Source of the DNA: Alphaproteobacteria bacterium
GTDB lineage: Bacteria; Pseudomonadota; Alphaproteobacteria; JAAXGF01
DNA: 64,000 nt
Assembly (NCBI GenBank): GCA_963555825.3
Contig: CAUVXB020000001.1
Location: forward strand, 1,760,001-1,824,000
Direction of reading: 5' to 3'
The notes under the pieces are model-generated. The model was not told the origin of the DNA. It saw nothing but the letters and a program-made list of their open reading frames with translations, and ran no database searches. Positions 10,003 through 20,994 of the stretch are shown here, one piece after another (within the stretch, counting starts at the first letter, position 1; each line of letters begins with the position of its first letter). Position numbers and translations under genes: made by a program.

Positions 10003-11394
10003 ATGGCAGTATCCCCGCCTCCGGCGCCTTCGTCCATCGATCTTTCCGGCCTGCCTCCTCGGGTCGTCGAGGCGGCCGCCCGGGTGCTCGCACTGTGTCG
10101 CGAGGAGCTTCGTTCCGAGCCGCGCCCCGAGGCGCCCGAGGAGGTCGAGTTGCGGGTGCGTGAGGCCACGAACGAGTTCGCTCGCGATGTCATGGGCGCC
10201 GTCATCGAGAACCGGGACGATGGCGCTTCCCGGATCGAGCGGGACGGGCAGAGCTGGTTCCGGGTCGCGGTGACGCCGAAGACGATCATGACCTCGCTCG
10301 GTCCGGTGACCTACCGGCGAGCGCGTTACCGCAGCGGCGCGAGCGGGGCATCGCCGGTGCCGGTCGACGAGAGCCTGGGCCTCGTCGACGATTACCTGAC
10401 GCGGCCGGCGGCCGAGCTCGGTCTGCTGATGATGGGTCACTGCACGGCCCGGGAAGCGGCGGCGTTCTTTGCGAAGACCGGCGCCATGACGCCGTCGGTG
10501 AGCACCCTGCAGCGCCTGACCCTGAGCATGCACGAATGCTGGGAGAGCCTCGGCCCGGAGACGCTGGGCAGCATCCGTGAGGCCGAGGGCATACCGCAGG
10601 ACGCGACCACCGCCTCGGTCTCCCTCGACGGCGTCATGGTGCCGCTGAGACCCGGCGAGGACGGTCGCGCCAAGGCCTCCTGGCGCGAGGCTGCCTGCGG
10701 CACGGTCTCCTTCCACGACGCCGAGGGCAAGCGCCTGAAGACCCTCTATCTCGGCCGCATGCCGGAGAGCGGCAAGCTCACGCTGAAGGCGCAGCTTGCA
10801 AGCGAAGTCGCACACATCAGGCGAGCACGCCCCGAGATCGGGATCGTCGCTATCGCCGATGGCGCCGCCGACAACTGGACCTTCCTGGAGACCCTGTCGC
10901 CCGAAACCGAGGTGATCGACTTCTGGCATGCTTGCGAACATCTGCAAACCGCGTCCGACCATGCCGTGGCGCCCGGCTGGTTCGAGAAGTACCGCGAGAT
11001 CCTCCGTCACGATCCCCGTGGCGTCGCCAAGGTGATCCGGGCGCTGCGCCACCTTCGCGATGCCGCCGCTGCGCCGGACCGGGCCGAGACCGAGCGGGAA
11101 CTCGCCTTCTTCCGCAAGCATCGCCATCGCATGCGCTACCACGCCCTGAAGGAAGAGGGCATCGCCATCGGCTCAGGCGTGGTCGAAGCTGCCAACAAGA
11201 CCCTGGTGACACAGCGCATGAAGCGCTCCGGCATGCGCTGGCGGATCGTCGGCGGACAGGCTGTTCTGACCTTCCGCGCCCTGATCAAATCCGGCCGCTT
11301 CGAGCGGGCATGGAAGGCCCTGATCAGCGCAACCGACACACCGGCCAACGACAACATCAGTCCACGTGCAGCAGCCATGGCAATCGCTGCCTGA
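10003..11394 (+). CDS. ISKra4-like transposase
   Basis: 463 aa; SLDG, ADGAADNW, DFWHACEHL, IGSGVVEAANK...RMKRSGMRW. Confidence 0.85.
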   Translation: MAVSPPPAPSSIDLSGLPPRVVEAAARVLALCREELRSEPRPEAPEEVELRVREATNEFARDVMGAVIENRDDGASRIERDGQSWFRVAVTPKTIMTSLGPVTYRRARYRSGASGASPVPVDESLGLVDDYLTRPAAELGLLMMGHCTAREAAAFFAKTGAMTPSVSTLQRLTLSMHECWESLGPETLGSIREAEGIPQDATTASVSLDGVMVPLRPGEDGRAKASWREAACGTVSFHDAEGKRLKTLYLGRMPESGKLTLKAQLASEVAHIRRARPEIGIVAIADGAADNWTFLETLSPETEVIDFWHACEHLQTASDHAVAPGWFEKYREILRHDPRGVAKVIRALRHLRDAAAAPDRAETERELAFFRKHRHRMRYHALKEEGIAIGSGVVEAANKTLVTQRMKRSGMRWRIVGGQAVLTFRALIKSGRFERAWKALISATDTPANDNISPRAAAMAIAA

Positions 11395-11948
11395 ACTCAA
11401 CGAACCAAGCCGCAGACATCACTGCCATGCGAGACTCGCACCCTCTGCACCCTTCGCATACCCCTAGTCGGCCAGCACCGTCTCGAGCATCCGCAGCGCA
11501 GGCAGAATCGCGTCGACGCTCGCCACCCACTCGTTGCGGCCGCTGGCGTTGCAGGCAATCCTGGCCCCGTGGACCCATTGGGCCCCTCGCTATCCACCGC
11601 CGCTTTCGCGTTGAAGCACTGCCCGACCTCGTGTGAGTCGTTCCTCTTCATCAACCCGCTGTCGGGGTCGGTGAGATTGCTCTGCTCCTTGTCTCGCGGC
11701 GCACTCCGCAATTCGTAAGATCAGGAAGGGGCTCGCCGCGACGTTTCAATTTCCGGCACTCGACCAGACGCACTTGGCGCGTCAGCGATCAGAGTATACG
11801 GTTTGGCACTAATACCCGCGAAGCCACGACGGGCTATGGGCCCCATCAGGGCGCACCGAACCTTTACTTCCGGTGCCGCTATGCCGCATACCGTTACGGC
11901 ATCCGAAAGCCGTGTTTTCCGACAACCCGCTTCGGTTGTCACCCGGCA

Positions 11949-12755
11949 TTACGGGGTACATCCCAGATCCGGCAGCAAGTTACCAAGTCCAGTCTCAAGT
12001 TTATTTTGTTCAGCACGTGTTAAGGCATGAAAGAAGTTCAGACCCGTCTTGCGCTCGATTATCCGAGCGTTCGAAATGAACCTCTCTTCACAAAACGACG
12101 CCCCCCGCTCGGTTTCCTGGTCGAAATGAAAAGTCGCGATCTTTACCCTGCCATTCTCTTCCGTTGCGACCATTTTCCAATAACCGCTCGGGACCTGATG
12201 AGTTTCGTCGGCACCTGGCATGGCCGGCATTTCTCGTTCGTACAGAGGACCCGTCGTGACGTAAACTGCAGAGGTTTCGGGCCTTTTTGCCAAGGCACGC
12301 ACCGCATTTTCTAATTTAACCCATGCCCCTTGGTTTAACGCGCTTTTCTGTGGGGTAATATTGGAAAGATAATTGGTCGCCTCCCAATTGGACGTGCCCG
12401 TGAAACTCGCCAGGGGTGCTTGATGGCCGCGGTCTGTCTTCAATTCCGCAAATGCTCCCTTGTAATCCCCTGGTTCCAGCGTTTCATCGTCTGCCAACCT
12501 CGGGTCTGCTTTCCAACGTCGCTTCGCCGTCTTACCAATTGTCATTTTTGTGATTCGGTATGCAACCCAGTCGGCAAACTTGGTCGTATCGTTAGAACTC
12601 AGGATATAGATATCGCGAATAACAATATCATTGGTCGCAGGGGATCCGGCCGGGCAACCATGAAGACACAGGGTAGAGTGTATCTCCTGCGCAACGACAG
12701 GAATGGCACTAGCCACTACGAACAACACGGCACTCATAACAAGCCGAAAAAGCAT
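11949..12755 (-). CDS. Secreted DNA/RNA non-specific endonuclease (NucA/EndoG-like)
   Basis: Signal peptide, DRGH catalytic motif, NYLSNITPQ..LNQGAW..LE, VPSGYWK. Confidence 0.9.
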   Translation of the reverse strand: MLFRLVMSAVLFVVASAIPVVAQEIHSTLCLHGCPAGSPATNDIVIRDIYILSSNDTTKFADWVAYRITKMTIGKTAKRRWKADPRLADDETLEPGDYKGAFAELKTDRGHQAPLASFTGTSNWEATNYLSNITPQKSALNQGAWVKLENAVRALAKRPETSAVYVTTGPLYEREMPAMPGADETHQVPSGYWKMVATEENGRVKIATFHFDQETERGASFCEERFISNARIIERKTGLNFFHALTRAEQNKLETGLGNLLPDLGCTP

Positions 12756-12953
12756 AAGGCGCCTCCAAACAAGTTAGATCGATACTCTGGGAGCAAGCGT
12801 CACTTTACCCAAAGTCAGCGCCGCGGGGCGCCCGTCTCGAAGGACATCGGCAATACCGTTGCCCTGACCGCAGCCGCGGCCGACCGTGGACCGTATCGGT
12901 GCTGTCGTCCACCCGACGATCATCGGCTATTGAGTGTCTTGGATGCAATCAAT

Positions 12954-13508
12954 TCAATCTTCGTTCGCGCGTTTCCGACTCTTCTTCAAGAAATCGTCAA
13001 TTAACGCCATCAGCTCGTGAATTGTTGATGATCCTCCGGCAATCAGCCCAGCCGTCACAATTATATCGGTAAACTGAAACAACCCCATTTGGAATGCCGA
13101 CGCTCCGGCACTATCTGACTCAAATATGGGTCCCAGTAGTCGAACACCCGACAGAGACACCAGAATTCCCAACGTTAGGCCAGCGAGGAGTGCCCGTCTT
13201 TGGGTGCCTACCTTATATTCCTTTAAATTATTTTCTGGCTCTGCACGAGCATCCTCTTGCGTTGTGCTTATCACCCTTTCAAGATGGACTTTGCCTCCTT
13301 GACGCCACGCCTTTATCAGAACTTCTAGCGCTCGTTCGACGAATAGGGCGACTATGTACAATATTCCTAACTGTGTAAGTGCGATTAGAAACGGTTCATC
13401 ACCTGGTTTTGTTGGAAGCGCCTTTAAGGAGCCACCTTGCCACCAGATGACAATCACGAGTACCGCGATCGCCAGTGAAATCCATATTCGGCCAATGTTC
13501 TTTTCCAT
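12954..13508 (-). CDS. Hypothetical multi-pass membrane protein
   Basis: 184 aa, about 4 hydrophobic segments, GGAGAG RBS, low GC. Confidence 0.75.
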   Translation of the reverse strand: MEKNIGRIWISLAIAVLVIVIWWQGGSLKALPTKPGDEPFLIALTQLGILYIVALFVERALEVLIKAWRQGGKVHLERVISTTQEDARAEPENNLKEYKVGTQRRALLAGLTLGILVSLSGVRLLGPIFESDSAGASAFQMGLFQFTDIIVTAGLIAGGSSTIHELMALIDDFLKKSRKRANED

Positions 13509-13589
13509 ACTCTCTCTCCCGTACTACGTGCAGCGTTAGCCTGATAATCACAAGCCATTTCAGGTCCGCACCTCACCCGAACGCCCGTC

Positions 13590-15454
13590 TCACCTCATAG
13601 CTGCTAACACTTCTTTCCGGTTCACAAGCACAATCTGCTGATCTTGTGGTAGTTTGTGTTCCGGATCTCCATCGAGTCCCATGTGCTTCAGGAAATAGTA
13701 GAGGAAAGCACTCGATACGGTGATCGCGCGCACTCCCTCAGGCATGCCGTAGTCCAGTTCAATCGCCTTTGATTGGCTCTCTGAAAGCCTTGGATGAGGG
13801 GCGATTATCATGGTCACCGAATCAATCCAGGATTTGTCAGCACCTGAATCTATCGCGTGCGGTTTGGATTCGCCGATATCGTAAATTCGCGCGAAAACGA
13901 AATCCTTGAAGGTGTCGTCATTGTGACAGAGAGCCCGCACGTGCCATCGGAACCCATCGAAGCCTAGCGCGTGCGGTGTGATCCACCGCCAATGCGGTTC
14001 GGGTTTCGACATCGACTGATACTGAATTCGAAGCGCGTGGCGATCTCGAATTCCGCGCAAGATGGCCTTGAGACTCCGACTATCCACGGTCCTGCCAGGA
14101 GTCGGCACGATCTGAAAATCGGGTATCTCAGCCAACCATGCCTCTTCCTCCACAAGTGTGCCATTCGCGAGGGAGTTCAACTGCGCCAGATAACGGTCTA
14201 ATACCAGTGAGCCTATGAAATCACCTTCATGATCCATGGATAGGCGCAGAGGGTTCGCATACGATCCGGTTCTGCGATGAGGTCGATCCATGCTTGGCAA
14301 CAGGCGTCGATGATGGCCTCGGTGTCGTCGAGGACGCGGAGCGATAGGAAGCGTTCGCGTAGGTAGAGCCAAACCCGCTCGACGGGGTTGAGTTCGGGAC
14401 TGTAAGGCGGCAACAGCGCCAAGGTGACGTTGTCGGGGACGGTGAGGGCGCGCTCGTCGTGCCAACCGGCGCCGTCGCACATCATGACGGCGTGCGCATC
14501 CTGGTCCAGGGTATCGGCGAAGTGTGCGAGAAACAGGTCCATGACCTTGGCGTTGACGCTCGGCATCACCAGGGTGACGTCGTCGCCGGTGTCCGGGCGC
14601 ACGGCGGAGAAGATGTAGGCCCACTGGTAGCCGATTTGACGCGTCCCGGGGGCACGCTCGCCCCTGCGCCACCACCGGTGACACACCCGGCCCTTGTTGC
14701 CGACGCGCGCTTCATCCTGAAACCACAGCTGTAGGCGCTTGTCGGGATGCGCCGCGGCGGTCGCCTTCAGGATGTCGCGAAGCCCCCTTTTTTGAAGCGC
14801 TCCTGCGCTTCGGCGTCCCTTCGCGGGTGGCTCGGGCGCGCCTTCTGGCGGGAAAATCCCATCCGCCGTAGAACCCGGGTCATGCTCGAGGGGTGGTAGG
14901 TCTTGGCGAAGCGCTCCTCCAGCCAGCGGCACAGATCGGCCCGGGTCCAGGCGCAAACCCCGTCGCGCTCAGGCTCCGGCCCGGCGATGATGACCGCCGC
15001 CAGCGCCGCTTCCTCGTCTGCCGTCAGCCGCCGCGGCGAGTAGCCCTTTGGACGGTCGTGAAGCCCCTCCAATCCCTTTGCATTGTAACGAACAACCGCG
15101 TCGCGAAGCGTTTGGCGATCCATCCCCGCAAGCCGCGCGGCATCAGCCCGGGGCATCTCCTCCAAAGCATTCGCGATCCCATAGGCCCGCGCCGCCGCTC
15201 GACCGTACGATTCCACGCGAGCCCAGCGCCGAAGCTCCAAAGGCGTCAAATCATCCCGTATCTTGAGTGCTGATCCCATGACATCCCCCACATCTGGTGG
15301 GAGACCATAGAATCACAATCCGCCATCATCCGCCATCAATGAATATCCCGAGAGTCAATTCAGGCGCTCACTGGTATGAATCCTCGACCTCGAACACTGC
15401 CCGGTATGTTGCCGCCGCCAGATAGCATTTGAGACTCGGGTCGTAGGCGAGGTT
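13590..15454 (-). pseudogene. WYL-domain transcriptional regulator (CapW/BrxR-like), split by IS630 and 5'-deleted
   Basis: YQSMS..WRWITPHAL.FDGFRWHVRA.C...FKDFVFARI; upstream piece NLAYDPSLKCY...EDS (15377-15454) is in frame with LDRYLAQL once the IS is removed. Confidence 0.85.
14202..15376 (-). mobile_element. IS630-family element (type B), copy 1; two ORFs joined by a -1 frameshift
   Basis: IRs TACCAGTGAGC; orfA 14767-15291 (HTH), orfB FQDEAR...DGAGWH...YSPELNPVE; slippery AAAAAAGGGG. Confidence 0.9.
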
Positions 15455-15913
15455 GGCTATATCAGGCGCTTGCTCGTGCATGGTGCGCGAACCGTGCTGC
15501 GCTGGCGCCGCGCCAAGCCGGGCACGGGGCCTGGCTGGACCGACCGGCTCCTGGCGCGGCGGCCGACAAACGTGGTGCTGGTCGCCATGGCCAATAAGAC
15601 AGCTCGTGTCGCCTGGGCACTGCTCAGGTACGAGCGTATCTACCGACCGACGCCGGCATAGCCAGCTGGCAAACCGGGATCAAATTGCGAGGGTAACGAC
15701 GATTTGATGGCGAAACAGGGTTCCACCCGAGATCGGCCAAACCCGAGGCATTGTCCGAGCATCAAGCTCGTTAGTCTGACTGGGCGTCGATCTTTCGGAT
15801 TCCATCAGGGCCAGCGGTCAGCGTACCGCAGAGAAAAGGCCGGATACATGACTGCAAGCTCTACCGCCGATTCAAATCAGTTTTCCCCTTGCAACACCGG
15901 GGGCGTCCATACA
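15455..15913 (+). mobile_element. IS110/IS1111-type right-end remnant: recombinase C-terminus plus 3' non-coding region
   Basis: YIRRLLVHGARTV...VAMANKTARVAWALL; ~250-nt non-coding tail with GGCCGGATACATGACTGCA and terminal CTTGCA...GCGTCCATACA. Confidence 0.8.
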
Positions 15914-15987
15914 TGAATGCCACTTGGCCAGACTTGATAAAGAACGACCCCAAGTTCTTACGCCACCCGAATTCAGGAGAGGTATGA

Positions 15988-16695
15988 ATGGCCAAAGAAC
16001 GGGAACCGCGCCTTCTCTCAATCGGGTCGGCCGTCCGGTTCACCCATAACGGTGTGACGATCCACGGGCATCTCCTCCAGCGGCAGGGACGGCGACGCTT
16101 CGCGAAGGTGATCGACAATGAAGAGCGAACCTGGAGAGTCCCAGAGTCGGCATTGAAGGACACGGGAGGCGGGAGGCGGACCACGATGGTCACTCCACAC
16201 GACGAGGCGAGAGCATATTACCGCCTAGGCGATCGAGTGGCGTTCCTCGGTCTCGACGGCCCGATGCGCGGCGAGATTGTCAAACTCAACCCGAAGAGAG
16301 CGAGAGTGCGCTGTGGGGAGGCATGCTGGAACGTCCCCTATGGCCTGCTCGGTGTCGCCGAGGGGCAAGCTGCGAGGAACGGCCCGGAGCGGTTGAACTG
16401 CATCGCGGGGATGGCCAGACGGTTGATGGATGAGCATGGGCTCACCGGCTGGACACTCGCTTTTGTCGAATCCCGGAGCCGCCTCGGCGACTGCGATTTC
16501 AGTGACCGCCAGATTCGGATCGGCCGCGGCCATGCCCTGGAGAGCAACGAGGAGGAGATCCGGGACACCGTTTTGCACGAAATTGCACACGCGATCGCGG
16601 GGCCCGACGCAGGCCATGGGCCGCTGTGGAAGGCGACGGCGCAGCGAATCGGAGCCACGCCGCGGGCGAAGATGTACGATGACCAATCGGGCTGA
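15988..16695 (+). CDS. SprT-like zinc metalloprotease with N-terminal SH3-like repeats
   Basis: [20 protein letters not shown]...IGA; AGGAGAGG RBS. Confidence 0.85.
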   Translation: MAKEREPRLLSIGSAVRFTHNGVTIHGHLLQRQGRRRFAKVIDNEERTWRVPESALKDTGGGRRTTMVTPHDEARAYYRLGDRVAFLGLDGPMRGEIVKLNPKRARVRCGEACWNVPYGLLGVAEGQAARNGPERLNCIAGMARRLMDEHGLTGWTLAFVESRSRLGDCDFSDRQIRIGRGHALESNEEEIRDTVLHEIAHAIAGPDAGHGPLWKATAQRIGATPRAKMYDDQSG

Positions 16696-16810
16696 GCCTG
16701 GGATCATATCCATCCCGGCCACGATCATGTCCGTCGCGCACGCCCACCGGCGCAGCGCTGGCTTTACAGCGTCCGGGAGCGTGCGGATATCTTCACGCCT
16801 GCCGAAACGG

Positions 16811-16825
16811 GTCCTATGATTGTTC
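16811..16825 (+). promoter_or_regulatory. Candidate alphaproteobacterial LexA (SOS) box
   Basis: GTCC-TATGATT-GTTC, one mismatch to GTTC-N7-GTTC, immediately before the dinB GTG. Confidence 0.5.
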
Positions 16826-16826
16826 C

Positions 16827-18968
16827 GTGAAAACCTTGTGCCGCGACTGCGGCCGCCGGCCGCACCTTGACGCCGAGGCTTGCCCGGCCTGCGGCTCGGT
16901 GCGGGTTGCACGACACCAGGAACTCCATGATCTCGCTATCGCCCATCTCGACTGCGACGCCTTCTACGCTGCCATCGAGAAACGAGACCGGCCGGAGCTG
17001 CGTGATGTCCCGGTGATCGGCGGCGGTCGCCACCGTGGCGTGGTCGCCGCCTGCTGCTACATCGCCCGCACCTACGGTGTCCGCTCTGCCATGCCAATGT
17101 TCAAGGCCCTGAAGGCCTGTCCCGACGCCACCGTCATCAAACCCGACATGAAGAAGTACACAGCCGTGGGCCGCGAGGTCGGCGCGATGATGCTGGGCCT
17201 GACACCCCTGGTGGAGCCGCTCTCCATCGACGAGGCATTCATGGACCTCGCGAACACGGAGTCCCTCCATGGCGCCAGCCCGGCCGCGACCCTGGCTGCG
17301 CTGGCACGCCGGGTGGAAGATGAACTTGCAATTACCGTGTCCATCGGGTTCAGCTATAACAAGTTCTGTATCGCACCCGGTTCCTTGGACACAAGTTTGT
17401 CTCATGCGGCGGGCCTGAGTGACATCGCGGTGTGCCACGCCTGACGAGCTTGAGCGGGGCTCAGGTAGCCGTTCTTCTCCACGATCCACTGGGCATTGTA
17501 CTGTTCGACGAACCCGCGGACGGCGTTCCGCAGCTCCGCGATGTTGCGGTAGATGCGGCCATGGATGATCTGTTCCTTGAGCGTGCGATTGAACCTCTCG
17601 GCGACGCCGTTGGTCTGGGGCTGTTCGACGAAGGCGTAGGACGGCTGGATGCCCCAGAACTTGATCTGGTTGGTGAAGTGGTCCGACAGATACTGGGAGC
17701 CGTGATCCATCCGCAAGGCCAGCCCCCGCGCCGCACCGGCGGAGGTCGAGGCATACAGCCTCGCAAGCCCCATGGAGATCGGCTGAAGGGCGGCGAAGCG
17801 GTCGCCTCGCTTGCACACATGCCAGCCGACGCACTCGGCGTTCCAATGCTCGATGGCGGTGAATATCCAGCCCCAGCCGTCGTCCACCGTGAACACCCGA
17901 ACGCCGTCCGTGCCCCACATGAGGTTGGGGGCATGGGTGATGATCTCACCGACATGGGGATTTCCGCCACGGCGGCGGCAGCGATGGGGCGAGAGCAGGT
18001 TGTTCTCGCGCATCACCCGGAGCCCCCGCTTGCGGGAAACACGGATGCCACGACAGACCCGAAGCCGAGCCCAGACCTTGCGGTGTCCCTCGCCCTCCCA
18101 GGGGGATGCCTCCAGGTCGGCCTCGATGGCCACCAGCAGAGCCTCGTCCGAGATCGAGGGCTTCGGTCCCCGGCGCTTTGCTGGTGGGCGCTCAGCGGTG
18201 GCCTGCTGCCGGGATTTCATGGCGTAGAACGAGGAACGGGCAAAACCCCAGGCCGCACAGACCCGCTGGAGGCCGTAGGCCAAACCCGTGCCGGGAGAGG
18301 TGGCGGCACTCATCGCCGCGACCTCCGCCGCCCCAAAGGGCCGGACGTCTCCGTCTTGGCCTCCAGCAGTTCCACCTGCATGATCAACTCCCCGATCCGC
18401 TTCATGGCGATGTCCAGTTCCGCCTTCACCGGATCGCCCTTGCGTTCCTTGAGCGAGGCATCGATCCCGGCGATCGCCTTCTCACGCCACTGCTCGAGCC
18501 GGAAAATCTCCACGCCCAACTGCCGCGACAAAAGTTCCACCGGCTCGCCACGCAAAAGCCGCAGGGCAACCTCACGCTTGCGCGTCACCGTCCACCGCTG
18601 GCCAAGTCCCAGCGGGCCTGCCGGCGAAACCTGGCCCGGGGAAAACGTGGACGAGCCAAGCTCGCCCTCGTTTACCACAGGCCCATCAACAGCAACTTTG
18701 TTCTCAAAATTGTCGGTCATGTTCCGGTCCTCCTTGGACACTTCGATTAAGCCAATTCTGTGTCCAAGGAAATCGGGTCCGACTCAGCTATAACAAGTTC
18801 TTGGCCAAGATCGCCTCGGACTTGGACAAGCCGCGCGGCTTCGCCGTGATCGGCCGGGCCGAGGCCAAGTCCTTTCTTTCAGACAAGCCGGTCGGGATGT
18901 TGTGGGGAGTGGGTCCAGCTATGCGGCAGCGCCTCGCTGGGGACGGCATCACGCTGATCGGCGAACTC
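16827..18968 (+). pseudogene. dinB: DNA polymerase IV, interrupted by IS3 and 3'-truncated by an IS21 remnant
   Basis: N-terminal [28 protein letters not shown]|[18 protein letters not shown] across the insertion. Confidence 0.92.
17367..18786 (-). mobile_element. IS3-like element with a 14-bp flanking direct repeat
   Basis: TG...CA ends, IR core CCTTGGACACA; orfA 18310-18741, orfB 17402-18313 (rve WGTDG, DHGSQY, NGVAERF); DR GCTATAACAAGTTC. Confidence 0.85.
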
Positions 18969-19525
18969 GACCACCCCCTCCACATTGCCTTTGTCGTTGC
19001 CCTTGCCGGGACGACCATAGCGATCCTCGAAGAGGTAATGGGATTGAAGCCCGCTGAAGGACCGCGTCCGTTGCCGCGTGCCGTCCGGCAGGATCCGTGA
19101 CACCAAGCACTTGTCGTTGTCGTACAGGATCGATTGTGGCACCCCGCCGAAAAAGGCGAATGCTCTGTTGTGGCCGTCCAGCCAAGCTTCCACTGTTGCC
19201 GACGGGTAAGCCGCAATAAAGCAGGCGTCGCTCTGGGGAAGGGTCATAACGAAAAAATGTGCCCGGCACTTGACGCCGGCGATGATCGCATCCGCCTCGC
19301 CAAAGTCCGCCCGGGCATGACCCGGAGGGTGCGCCAGCGGTATGAACATCTCCCGTAGACGACGGCGCCGTTCGCGAACGTAATCCTTGACGATAGTTCG
19401 CCCGCCTGTGAAGCCATGTTCGTCGCGAAGACGATCGAAGATCCGCTTCGCCGTGTGGCGCTGCTTGCGGTGGACCGTTCGGTCCTCTTCCAGAATACGG
19501 TCGATGATATCCGTGAAGGGGTCTA

Positions 19526-20704
19526 GTGTCCTGATCGATAGATTGATATGATTATGTCTCTATTTGTTTTTAGGAGGCGCGATTGATGGCGAGAGTGGCG
19601 GTGACGATCTCTTTGAGCGATGACGAGCGCGCCGAATTGGAGGCGCTGTCTCGTCGTCGCAAGACGTCGCAGGGGCTTGCGCGGCGGGCTCGGATCGTCT
19701 TGGCGGCGGCGGAAGGGTTGGAGAACAAGGAGATCGCCGTTCGTCTCGAGGCGAGCGCGGACACCGTGGGCAAGTGGCGTCGCCGCTATGCGGCGGAGGG
19801 CCTCGACGGTCTGTACGACGAACCCCGCCCCGGCGCGCCGCGTCAAATCGGCGATGACGCCATCGCGGAAGCGGTCCGGCTGACGCTGGAAGAGACGCCG
19901 CCGGACGCGACCCATTGGAGCCTTCGCTCGATGGCGCGGGCGAGCGGCCACGCGCCCTCGACCATTCATCGCATCTGGCGGGCCTTCGGCTTGCAGCCGC
20001 ATCGCTCGGAGACCTTCAAGCTGTCGAGCGATCCCTTCTTCGTGGAGAAGGTCCGCGACATCGTCGGTCTGTATTTGGCGCCGCCGGATCGTGCCCTGGT
20101 TCTCTGTGTCGACGAAAAGAGCCAGATCCAGGCCCTGGACCGTTCCCAGCCCCTCTTGCCGATGCGCCCCGGGCAGGCGGAGCGGCGCAGCCACGACTAC
20201 AAGCGCCACGGCACGACCTCTCTCTTCGCGGCCCTCGACATCGCCACGGGAGAGATCATCGGCAAATGTTTCCCGCGCCATCGGGCCCGAGAGTTCCGCA
20301 AATTCCTCGACCTCGTCGAGGCGAACGTCCCTGCTGATCTCGACATCCACATCGTCATGGACAACTACGGGACCCACAAGACCAAGGCGATCCGCGACTG
20401 GTTCGCCAAACGGCCGCGCTGGCAGGCCCATTTCACACCCACCAGCGCCTCCTGGCTGAACCAGGTCGAGCGCTGGTTCGGGCTGCTGACCGACAAGCAG
20501 ATCAGGCGCGGCGTCCATCGCTCCACCAAGGAGTTGGAGCGCACCATCCTCGACTACATCGACACGACAAACCAGAACCCCAAACCCTTCAAATGGACCA
20601 AATCCGCCGATGACATCCTCGGCGCCATCCAGCGCTTCTGCCTCCGAACAATCGAAATCGCTGAACAGCAGGCGAAAATCATGCGAACTTCGGAATCGGG
20701 ACAC
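19526..20704 (+). mobile_element. IS630-family element (type C), complete
   Basis: IRs GTGTCCTGAT / ATCGGGACAC, TA duplication within CTAG. Confidence 0.9.
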
Positions 20705-20707
20705 TAG
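19583..20707 (+). CDS. IS630-family transposase
   Basis: 374 aa; [23 protein letters not shown]. Confidence 0.9.
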   Translation: MMARVAVTISLSDDERAELEALSRRRKTSQGLARRARIVLAAAEGLENKEIAVRLEASADTVGKWRRRYAAEGLDGLYDEPRPGAPRQIGDDAIAEAVRLTLEETPPDATHWSLRSMARASGHAPSTIHRIWRAFGLQPHRSETFKLSSDPFFVEKVRDIVGLYLAPPDRALVLCVDEKSQIQALDRSQPLLPMRPGQAERRSHDYKRHGTTSLFAALDIATGEIIGKCFPRHRAREFRKFLDLVEANVPADLDIHIVMDNYGTHKTKAIRDWFAKRPRWQAHFTPTSASWLNQVERWFGLLTDKQIRRGVHRSTKELERTILDYIDTTNQNPKPFKWTKSADDILGAIQRFCLRTIEIAEQQAKIMRTSESGH

Positions 20708-20994
20708 CTTCGGGCGCTTCGGTGGTTGGCGGCGGCGGTAGCCAGGCGGTTCTGAATGCCGCAGCATCTTTCGCACCGTATCTCGCGCAATGCCAAACCG
20801 ACTTGCCGCCTCTCGCTGGCTCAGCCCTTCAACATGGCACGCCAGTCGAACACGCAGATAAAGCTCCACGGTGTACATCCTCCGGCCTTCCATCCCCTAA
20901 AAGATCGAAGGCTACAGGTGGCGGCCTTTTGCTCCGCCCCGCAGTCGGGATTAGCCCGCCGCTTCCGTGGTCTAGTTTGTCACCGGCGCACTCA

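Larger units (their letters stand above)
9790..11443 (+). mobile_element. ISKra4-like (IS256 superfamily) element, copy 1
   Basis: IRs GGGTGTGGGTCTGGTATGG / CCATGCGAGACTCGCACCC; 8-bp TSD TCTGCACC (9782-9789, 11444-11451). Confidence 0.85.
9730..11700 (-). pseudogene. Degraded IS1182-family transposase remnant, split by an ISKra4-like element
   Basis: QSNLTDPDSGLMK...FNAKAAVD and VLAD*GYA.GAE|VAVLQRRGIEVLVA on either side of the insertion. Confidence 0.6.
18969..20994 (-). pseudogene. istA: IS21-family remnant (5' part of istA), interrupted by IS630
   Basis: Left end TGAGTGCGCCGGTGACAAA at 20994; MYTVELYLRVR..., [19 protein letters not shown]. Confidence 0.85.

Noticed and set aside
13590-14684. 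364-aa ORF as a real fusion protein
   Set aside because: Off-frame IS630 sequence reading into the WYL C-terminus
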